Positions 54,133 to 64,000 of a stretch of 64,000 nt of DNA are shown piece after piece. The DNA is taken from contig CM119266.1 in assembly GCA_051294375.1 (NCBI GenBank), positions 13,704,735 to 13,768,734 on the forward strand, given 5' to 3'. The notes below the pieces were generated by a model, which was not told the origin of the DNA, did not search any database, and saw only the letters and a program-made list of their open reading frames with translations. Within the stretch, counting starts at the first letter, position 1; every line of letters starts with the position of its first letter. This stretch comes from Paraspadella gotoi. Taxonomy: Eukaryota; Animalia; Chaetognatha. The translations under genes were made by a program, and so were the position numbers.

Positions 54133-56104
54133 GGAAGGAATCCTTAATTTAGTTCACTTATTCATGGAATCGGAAGCGAGGCGAGGGCTGGAGTCTGCGG
54201 GATCGACGCAGCGGGTAAGGTAAGGGGCAAAGGTAAGTGGCAAAGGTCCGGGTCAGAATCAGGGGGGGGTAGTGAGGTTCGAGAAGGTTAGGAGAATGGT
54301 GAGCGGTGGTGATGAATTTCAAATCGGGGGAGAGCGAGACGCTGGAGTAAACCTTTAGAAGGGCGAGGGTTAATTATGGCATCGTGAAAAAGGATCCGGT
54401 TTGTGGCATCCGGTTCGTGTTGGGGGTAAGAGGGAAGTAGAGATGAGTGGGGGTAGACGACGCTGACGTGCGGGGGCGGGAAGTTGTCGGAGAGCGATTA
54501 GTATGACAGAAATGGGTGATAGAATAAGGAGAGGATCCTTAGGGAACGGGGGAGACCCTTGGGAAGTCTGGCAGAGTTAGGCTTAGCCTCTTTTTTTTTC
54601 TCCTTTGCAAATGAATGAAAGAGACGGAATCGTGTGAGCGAGTGACGGGAAAGAAGAGTAGAAAAAAAATTACTCCGTTTTATATTTAGTAAAGATGAAA
54701 GTAATTTTCAAATTTGTTGTTTTTGGAAAGTTTAAAAAAAAACAAATAACAAAAGAGATACAATGTAAATGATAAAACCAAAGTAAGATTTATATATTAA
54801 TTTAAAAAAATAAGCTATCTTGCCCCCTCTTTGGACAGGCTATGTTGAACTTGACGAACTACTATATACAAACATACTCAAAACAAATAGAAAGAATAGT
54901 CATCTTGTTAGCCAACGATTCGACTCGTTCGCTCGTGACCCTTAGTCCGAAGCCGTAAAATAGAAACGAGAAGAGACGTAAAAAAGGAAGGAAGAAAGTT
55001 GCGATCGTTAGGAAGAAGCAGCAGCAGGAGACAAAAAAGAACGGACTGGGAGGGTAAGTTCGGGTAAGTTATGGGAGCTGGGGGAGAGCGTGGGATGAAA
55101 GGAAAAGGGCGAGGGTCAGCGGACGAGGTCCGAAGGTCAAGGGGTGAGGGCGCTGAAAATGTGGAGGTTGGTGAGGGAAGGAGAGAAATTTAAGATGCAA
55201 GAGGAAATAAATTATCCGGATTCCGGATTCCGGCGGGAGGGAATCGACCGAGAAAACGNNNNNNNNNNNNNNNNNNNNNNNNNNNNNNNNNNNNNNNNNN
55301 NNNNNNNNNNNNNNNNNNNNNNNNNNNNNNNNNNNNNNNNNNNNNNNNNNNNNNNNNNNNNNNNNNNNNNNNNNNNNNNNNNNNNNNNNNNNNNNNNNNN
55401 NNNNNNNNNNNNNNNNNNNNNNNNNNNNNNNNNNNNNNNNNNNNNNNNNNNNNNNNNNNNNNNNNNNNNNNNNNNNNNNNNNNNNNNNNGGAAAGAGAGA
55501 AGGGGGGAATAGGGTGGAAGAAGGGGAGGAGAAAAGAGAAAGGGAATGAGGGAAAGAGGGAAGGAAATATGGAAATGAATGAGAGAAGCGTTGATTAGAT
55601 TATTCGACGGACCAAAAAAAAAAAAAAAATTAAAATGAGGACGTAATATTACAGCAATATCTTGACTCAAGGTCGAAAAAATGAAGTAAAATCTTAAAAG
55701 TTAAGCAAGTAGTGCATGTGACATGAGTAGAACGTAAAGTATGACATGACATGACATGACCAAGAAATCAACAAAAAAAAGGTAAATTTTAAAATGCTAA
55801 AAAATAAAAATAAAAAAAGAGAAACTTTCTCCGATTTCACCTNNNNNNNNNNNNNNNNNNNNNNNNNNNNNNNNNNNNNNNNNNNNNNNNNNNNNNNNNN
55901 NNNNNNNNNNNNNNNNNNNNNNNNNNNNNNNNNNNNNNCCAGTGGGAAACTTCTTCGTCATTTTTCGGATATACAAACGCTCCATGTAACGAAGAAAATC
56001 AAGTGCGGGTCTATTTGAGACGGGCCGGAAAGATAGGGAAACGGAAGTAAGGCCTCGACGGAATCCAATCAAAACACGTAGTAACAAAAAACATCAACAA
56101 CGCG

Positions 56105-56149
<45 letters not shown>

Positions 56150-57067
56150 CGAGAGAGAGAGTGAGAAGAGCAAGATTCTCTCTCTTTGGGGGGGGGGAAG
56201 CGGTCTTGCGAGGTGTTTGGATCGAAAAGAGGTTTCGATGAGTTTACGCGGATGAGGGGATTAAAATAATCTTTGAATACGTGTTGAATGGATTATAAGT
56301 TCATGATTTTGTACAATCATTTATTTAAAAAAAATTGTAACATTTCGACTTCCCCTCTCAAGGATGTTATTTCGATACATTCATCAAAACAGTTGCCACA
56401 GATGCTCATTCCTTCCGCCATCAAACGCCATCTTCGATCGCCACGTATGAAAAAGCCCCTCGTAAATTTTTTTGGGGGGAACGCGCCGCGCCGGTTTCTT
56501 CGAAGTGGCGGCAAAACCATTTCCGGTGTGGAGGCCACAGCGCCACCTATTTCCGACGCCTATCGTGCAAAATCGCGAGACCGACGCCGGTTCATCTCTT
56601 ATTCATCGACGGGCGCTATTTTTACCTGCAACTTTTATTCGATGTCGTCGTCGTCGTCAGCGTCGTGGGCGTCGGCGTTCATTCGGCGCTTGTTCTAACG
56701 TAACCTTTCGGCAATGCAGCGCCACCCTTTGCCGAAAAAATTTAATGGCCTCGGAGAGAATATGGTTTATATATTTTTTTGGTTTCCAATCTCTTTCGCT
56801 AGATGCGGCGCGCGACTACTTTAGATAAATCTGGAAGTTTAAAAATCAAATCAAATAAATCTGGAAATTTAAAAATCAAATACTAACCAAAAACTAATTT
56901 ATTGTAGAAAAAATAGGTGGTTTACAAAAATGATCTATTTTAGAAAAGAAAGCTTTATTTAAAAATAATAAAAATAATAATAATAATAATAATCAGAATC
57001 TTCTTCCTCTTCCGGAATCCTCTTCCTTAATCCTTTTCTCTGTTTCCGCGTTTTATTCATCTGTGAT

Positions 57068-57200
<133 letters not shown>

Positions 57201-57350
57201 AAAAGCTAAAATACGATTACTTATATATATACTTATATATTTGAATAAAGAATAAACTATGAAGTCGGAATGAATGCATTTTGTTCTTCTTACGTTCCGT
57301 GTTTTATAAATCTATATTCGTACTCTCCGGGATATTATTTACGACGTCAA

Positions 57351-57410
<60 letters not shown>

Positions 57411-58758
57411 TTCGCGCAGTAATTCTGAACTAAAAAAAAATAATTCTGGATTAAAAAAAAACTTTTTCCATTATTCTCCGATTCCGCGTCAAAATTTCTC
57501 TCGTCAGATGACGTAAACATCGTTCTTCGTTTTAAATTATACACAGAGCTGTTGTTTCGATAAACAAATAGTAATTAAGGAAAGGATGGTGATACCGATA
57601 CGAGCCATCTGGTGAGCCGAGAGGAAAAACAAAAGTCGAGGATGGAAAAGACAAAAGACGTCGGAGATGAAGGCGAAGGCGNNNNNNNNNNNNNNNNNNN
57701 NNNNNNCTTCTCCTTACTCTCGTTCCCTCCTCCTCCCTTCTCTTCCCCTCTCCTTTTTCCATCTCGAGGTCACAAGAAGCTTTTTTATCTGTTTCTCTTC
57801 TCTCTCTCTCTCTCTCTCTCTTCTCTGTTCTCTCTCGTCTCTCTGCTCTTCTCCTCTCTCTCTCTCTCTCTGCGCTTCTCTCCTCTCCTCTCCGGCCTTT
57901 CGCCATTCTATCTTCCCGGACGTTCTTTGTCTTTCCATCGCTCGACTTTTCGTGTTTTTTCCTCGGCTGCACGCTAGATGGCTGTGTATCGGTAGTCACC
58001 ATCCTTTCCTTAATGTACTAATTTCGTTTATTCGAAACGACAAAGCTCCTGTGTATACAATTTGAAAACCGCAACGACCCACCTGTTGTTTATACGTCAT
58101 CTGACGAGATGGACAATTTTGCACGGGCCAATCGGTATGAATAATGTGGAAAATCAGTTTTTTTTCTATAGATTTCTCCTATTTCTCTTAGTTCAGAATT
58201 ACTGCTGCGAACACTCTCACTTTCTCACTCTCTCTCTCTCTCTCTGCATCTCTCTCTCTCCTCCTCTTCTCTCTCTCGTTACTCTCTCTCTCTCTCTCTC
58301 TCTCCTTCTTCTCTCTCTCTCTCTTCTCTCTCTCTCTGCAAAAATTGATGCGTCGTAAATAAATATCCGGGAGAAGTACTAATATAGATTTTATGTAAAA
58401 CACGGTAATCGTTAAGAAGAAACAAAATGATTCATTTCCGACTTCATTAGTTTTTCTTTATTTCAAATATGATAAGTATATGTATAGTAAGTTATCGTTA
58501 TTTTAGCTTTTTTATTATTTAATTATATATTATATTATTTCCATATTTTATTATTATTATTATTATTATAATTATTATCATCACAGATGAATTAAATACG
58601 CGGAACAGAGAAAAGGATTAAGGATAGAGGATTGCCGGAAGAGGAAGAAGATTCTGATTGATTATTATATTATTTTTATTTATTTTTAAATAAAGCTTCT
58701 TTTTCTAAAATAGGCCTATTTTTTGTAAAGCCACTATTTTTTCTACAAGTAAATTATG

Positions 58759-59680
58759 TCCTCTGATCGAGTAACGACGTTTCGAGAGTTAGTTGACGAG
58801 ATATTAAACGTTGATATTACTCTTTAACTGAGGTTGTTCAATTCGAGTTTGTTTTTAATTGGCATTTCAAGGGATTTAGTTAACTCCATTTTAAGGTTTA
58901 AAGTCGTTTTTTATTACATAGGATTCATATTTATGTAGACAGGTAGAAGACAATAACAAATTTAAAGCAGATTGGCATGTGTAGTTTCCATTTTTTAGTA
59001 AGGAGTAATAAACACTAAAAACTTAAAATACAATTTATTTAGAAACTTATTCTTTAAGATAAAATAATCATTTTATTAGACAAATACTTACATTCCTGTT
59101 TTAGCCAGGAGATATCAAACCTCAGTGGACTCAAACAAGTGAAAGCTGCCTTTTATATAGGATGTGACTTTTGTTTCTTACAAATATTTTACAAAACTCA
59201 TTTCAAGATTGGCAGCACATAATTAGTAAGAATATAGAATATGCGTTCGCGACGTGGTTATAGAGAAAACAAGAGAACTACAATAAATTTAGATCATAAT
59301 GTCAAAAGTATTCCAACAGTCTCTCTGGAGGCGTGGGTTCGAAATCCCACATGCACCACATTTAAGTAGAAGACAGGGATTTCAATATGAACCAAAAGTT
59401 CGGGGAATTTTATTCTCAGAATATAGACATAAACAAGACCGGTTGTCAAGATTCCAGGCAGAGTGAATCAATACAAAACTTAGTGTCTCTTTTATTACAG
59501 TCCCAGTCGGATCGGAGGTTTATGTGGTAGAAATTTCGCGACGAAGCGAGCCCATCTGGTTCATTTGGCTGGTGTGCCATTTGCTCTTCGGCCAGATGAG
59601 AGAGTTCCATCTCTTCCCTTGCTGATTTTTATCGAGTCGTTGATCCGATTTTATTTCTTGAGTTTGATTCCTCTGCGATG
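58759..59680. mobile_element. ~920-bp insertion present in one copy of a duplicated segment; non-coding, probably a non-autonomous element
   Basis: Its flanks (ttctacaagtaaatta... at ~58741-58757 and gttagtattgattttt... at ~59680-59695) are nearly contiguous in the inverted copy at ~56870-56910. No ORF, clear TIR or TSD is readable. Confidence 0.5.
59317..59358 (+). pseudogene. 3' half of a tRNA-Leu (variable arm, T arm, acceptor strand); not a functional tRNA
   Basis: CAGTCTCTCTGGAGGCGTGGGTTCGAAATCCCACATGCACCA closely matches the conserved metazoan tRNA-Leu 3' end (CAGTCTC...GGAGGCGTGGGTTCGAATCCCAC). There is no D arm or anticodon arm upstream. It lies in error-rich sequence. Confidence 0.7.
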
Positions 59681-60601
59681 TTAGTATTGATTTTTAAACT
59701 TCCAGATTTATTTTGATGTTGGATTTTTAAACTTCCAAGATTTAGATCTTAAAGACGCTTGCTAGTCGCGCGCCGCATCTAGCGAAAGAGGATTGGAAAC
59801 CAAAAAATAATATAAACGTCATATCCTCTCTGAGGCCATTTAAATTTTTTTCGGCCAAAGGGTTGCGCTGCTATTGCCGAAAGGTTACGTTAGAAACAAG
59901 CGCCGAATGATACGCCGACGCCCACGACTGCTGACGACGGACGACGGACATCGAATAAAAAGTTGCAGGTAAATAGCGGCCGTCGTATGAATAAGAGATT
60001 GAACCGGCGTCGGTCTCGGCGATTTTGCACGATAGGCGTCGGAAATAGGTGGCGCTGCGGCCTCCACGCCGGAAATTGGTTTGCCGCCACTTCCTGAAGA
60101 AACCCGGCGCGGCGCGTTTCCCCCCAAAAAATTTTACGAGGGGTCTTTTTCTATACTTGGGGCGATCCCGAAGATGGCGTTTGAGGCCGTAAGGATATTG
60201 AGCATTCTGTGGCAAACTGTTTTTGAATGAATGTATCTTAATATGAACATCCTTGAGAGGGGAAGTCGAAATGTTACCAATTTTTTTAATAATATGATTG
60301 TACAAAATTTCATTTGAACTTATAATCCATTCAACACGTATTTCAAAGATTATTTTAATCCCCTCATTCCGCGGTAAATCTCATCCGAAACCTCTTTTCG
60401 ATCCAAACACCTCGCAAGACCGCTTCCCCCCCCCCCCAGTGGGAAACTTCTTCGTCATTTTTCGGATATACAAACGCTCCATGTAACGAAGAAAATCAAG
60501 TGCGGGTCTATTTGAGACGGGCCGGAAAGATAGGGAAACGGAAGTAAGGCCTCGACGGAATCCAATCAAAACACGTAGTAACAAAAAACATCAACAACGC
60601 G

Positions 60602-60646
<45 letters not shown>

Positions 60647-61295
60647 CGAGAGAGAGAGTGAGAAGAGCAAGATTCTCTCTCTTTAGAGAACGAGGAAGAA
60701 AGAGAGGAAAAAGGAGAAAGGAAATAGAGAGAGGAAGAAAATAAAATGAAGATGGAAAAGGAAAGGATTGCAGAGGAAAGGAAAGTGAGGGCAAAAGAGA
60801 TAGAAAAGAAGGAAGAAAGGAAAGAAGGAAGGAAGGAACGAAAGAAGAAAGGAAGAAAGGATTGATGAAGACAGAGAGATGCTGAAAAATGGTGAGAGTA
60901 GAGAAGGCCAATGGAGGTTAATCGACGCGGAGAAAGTAAAGAACTGAAGAAAGAGAAAGGGGAAGAAAGGAAAAAAATAGAGAAGGAGAGAAAAAGATAA
61001 AAGGAGTGAGAGCGAGACGGAAAACAACAAAGCGAGAGGGAGAGGGAGGGGAGTGAAAAAAAAAAAACGAGAGCGAGAGCGAGCGAGACAAAAGCGAGGA
61101 TCGGCGTCGCAACTGGCGCCCTCTTTCGCTCCCAACGGTTGTCAGTCATTATTCCTCGCCATTAAACCCGGTCCATTTGGTGCCTCTTCCTTCGACCCCG
61201 ACGACGACGCCGACGACGCCAACAACTTCTTTCTTTCTTCGTCTTCCGGTCGGAAACTCTGGTCAGTTTTATTTCTCTTCCCGCCCTTGACTCAC

Positions 61296-61349
61296 CAGGT
61301 GCGCGGAATGTGAGGCGAGAGACAAGAGACTCGTTGATGTTTTCTGCTT
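61296..61349 (-). CDS. Candidate isolated 54-nt symmetric exon
   Basis: Acceptor gttgttctCAG and donor CTG|GTGAGT; length is a multiple of 3. The phase-1/1 reading is (E)AENINESLVSRLTFRAP(G). No partner exons were found. Confidence 0.3.
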
Positions 61350-62587
61350 CTGAGAACAACTTGATTTAACCGGCTTCTTTTATTTGAGGTCAGCGTGATT
61401 GTATTGTTTATTTCAATGATGATGAAGAGAGTCAAATGCGTCGAAGATTTTATAGCGATTATATTGGGATTATAATAAATTTTTAGTTAAAACGATCATG
61501 AGAGATCTATCTACTACGAATTTTCTTTTTTCACAATGAGAAAGTATTTAAACTAAAGCTTTTTTTAACCTAATCCTCAAACTGGAGCACCAACGAACTT
61601 AACCAATTCCGACGCTCCGACAGCCTCAAACCACAAAAGAGTCCACAACTATCCTCCCCCCCCCACCTCCCCCCCTTCTCCTCGTCCGCCATTTGTAAAA
61701 TTCCCTTTGTTTTTCTTTTATCGTCTTCCGCCTGGGGATGTGATATTTGGGAAGAATCGAACTCGAGGCCAAAATACAGCGAATCCGGTTTACGACAGTA
61801 TTCAAAATATTAACTTTATATTTTTTTTTTGTTGGATCCGAATCGAACGGCGGATGATTTTTTGCCAAGGAAATATGGCGGGAAAGGGTATTTAATGTAA
61901 CGGGGCAGAAAGTCGGAAATGAAACGAGGCTCGTGGATTTTAACTTTAAACGGCTCTCTAGTATTTATTATATTAATTCTATTTCATTGTCGATTAAATA
62001 AAAAAAACAGTTTACTTTATTTAAAAAAAGTCTTTAAACGGGCGTTGAATTCAACTCGTCGAGGACGAAAGAGAGAAAATCAGCATCGGACGTCATAATT
62101 AGACAAATTCTCGCGCTGGCGATTATAAAAACGGAACACGACTTTGAAGGGCGGGGAGACGTGGACAGAGCCGGGGACGGAAGCAGGAAACGGGACGGCT
62201 CAGGGTCTTAATCGTCCCGCGCAGTCGTCGTCGTCGTCGTCGTCGTTTGGGAAAGGTCAGTTTTGAAAGAGTTTCACCTTGAGACGCGAAGAGACGGCGT
62301 CAGCCTCGAACCCCAGCGAATTTCTGGGAAGAATGAGAGAAAGAGGAATGAGAAAGTAAATCCCGAGAGAAAAACAGGGAGAAGGTGGAGAACGGAGAGA
62401 TGGATCGAGATGACTGAAATGCGGGAGAAAAGCGATCATAGAAAATGGAATGATAAATCGGTCCGGTTTTTATGAGTTTTAATTAAACATCAAACAATTT
62501 GAAAGTTTTATATCTTCGTGGAATTTAAGCAAATGGCATTTGCAAACCCCCAAAAGCGCCTGGCGGAAACACAGCTGGAAATCGAAC

Positions 62588-62640
62588 GGCGGAAGCTGAT
62601 GGCAGAAGCTGATGGCAGAAGCGAATGGCAGAAGCGAATG
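62588..62640 (+). repeat. 13-bp tandem repeat, 4 copies
   Basis: ggcggaagctgat ggcagaagctgat ggcagaagcgaat ggcagaagcgaat. Confidence 0.9.
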
Positions 62641-64000
62641 TGACAAGCGAGCGGGAGAAACGAGCGACGAGAGAAGCGAGAACTTTTGAGCGCGAAACTC
62701 CTTCTCTTCCAAGTCGCAATGAATATGTAAGAGAAGGCGGGGAAGTCGATCTTGGGGTAAGGGAGGTTAAGGAAATGGAATAGAAAGAAGGAAAGACGAA
62801 GAGAAAGGTAAGGTCTAGAGTCTTGATGGGGGGTAAGGGAAAATTGGGTAAGAATTTCGGGTCTTTTGGCTCCGGAAAGAAAAAGGCCGATTGAAGACGA
62901 AGGAAAGTTAATGGATGACGAAGACGAGAACCGGTGAGGGAAAAAGGTGAGGTTTGGTGAGGGGAGAAGGGATTAAAAGAAGGAGGGTTTAGTTTGGGAG
63001 GGAGATATTGAGAAAGGGGGGGAATAGATAATTATGATAATGATAATGGTTCGTGGAATTAGTTTAACGAAAATTGGAGGAAATCCTTAGGTTGATTTTG
63101 TATTTATAATTTCCTGTTAACCATAAAGAGAGTTCTACTAAATCATAAAGTGTTTGAAAAGAGAAAATCTTTTCAAGCAAAGTGTGTGGAGAGCCGTGGG
63201 TGATGCGTGCGGCAAACGCGAAAGGAAAAAAAACGAATAAACGAAAAACGCAGTCAGGGAGAAAAATATTCTGAAACAAGAAAATGAAAGAGTGAATGGG
63301 AAGAGGGAAGGGAAAAAATTTGAAAGAAGAAAAAAAANNNNNNNNNNNNNNNNNNNNNNNNNNNNNNNNNNNNNNNNNNNNNNNNNNNNNNNNNNNNNNN
63401 NNNNNNNNNNNNNNNNNNNNNNNNNNNNNNNNNNNNNNNNNNNNAGAGAGAGAGAGAGAGAGTAATTTCATGCGGAAATGGGAATGTGATATCGTAATAC
63501 TACTTTATTTTGTTTGGTATCTTTGAATCACGTTACAAAAAGATAAGGTATTTGTTTTTGTTTTCTTTAAATTACAAAAGGGTTTTTATTGTTTTTGTGT
63601 TTGAGTTTTTCATCTGGTTTGTCTAATCCGTTTTTTCTGATAACAGGTTTTAACGCTTCTCACTTCAACTGGGTCTCACCCTGCAACTTAACCTTTCACT
63701 CCATTATAATAACAGCTTCACAGTCTCACTCTCCCGAAATTTCCCTTCCGCTCGTTCGCCTCGCCTCCTTCTCATCTCCGCCACCGACTTTTTCGTTTAA
63801 TTCCAGTGAAACAAAAAAGTTAAAAAAAAAAAAATAAAAAATTGAAAAGGGAAAAAGAAAAATTTGAAGATATTTTTCTTTTTCGTGGAAAAATTGGCTC
63901 AAAACCCACAAAGCCTAGCCGCTCCAATAGAATTGTGATCGAAGAAAAATTCCATGGCCCATTGAGGCGAGAAGAGAGAAGAGAGAAGATGAAGAGAGAG

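Noticed and set aside
56288-56828. GC-rich block with several overlapping open frames, duplicated at 59871-60305
   Set aside because: No recognisable domain or consistent splice structure; the second copy is the assembly duplicate, not a paralogue.
58759-58835. Minus-strand ...AAAGAG...CTCTCGAAACGTCG resembling a Penelope-type minimal hammerhead ribozyme
   Set aside because: The CUGANGA core is not intact and stem I does not pair. It cannot be supported from a noisy read but is worth rechecking on a consensus.
59211-59221. GGCAGCACATA, matching the 5' region of U6 snRNA
   Set aside because: Only 11 nt match, and no ACAGAGA box or rest of U6 follows.

Overview
This is eukaryotic, most likely invertebrate animal, nuclear DNA. 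It is AT-rich, CpG-rich in patches, saturated with (GA/TC)n and other microsatellites, has GT-AG introns, and contains 11 N-gaps. Two protein-coding genes are well supported, and they lie head-to-head about 850 bp apart. One is a single-exon C2H2 zinc-finger protein (+, 42334-43794). The other is a 5-exon, 482-aa low-complexity protein (-, 41481-39034) that the ORF track shows only in pieces; I rebuilt it from phase-compatible splice sites. About 13.2-33 kb and 55.9-60.7 kb consist of direct and inverted copies of the same few kb with very different error levels, next to 25-N gaps. This is best explained as raw long-read gap-fill plus mis-oriented contigs, so the ORFs there are spurious. Smaller items are a tRNA-derived SINE-like element (~12.57-12.78 kb), a ~920-bp insertion found in only one copy of a duplicated segment and carrying a tRNA-Leu 3' half, a G-rich ~80/90-bp minisatellite (52.3-52.8 kb) and several isolated candidate exons. 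I found no CRISPR array, rRNA, complete tRNA or transposase/RT ORF, and the sequence alone does not support a new multi-gene system.
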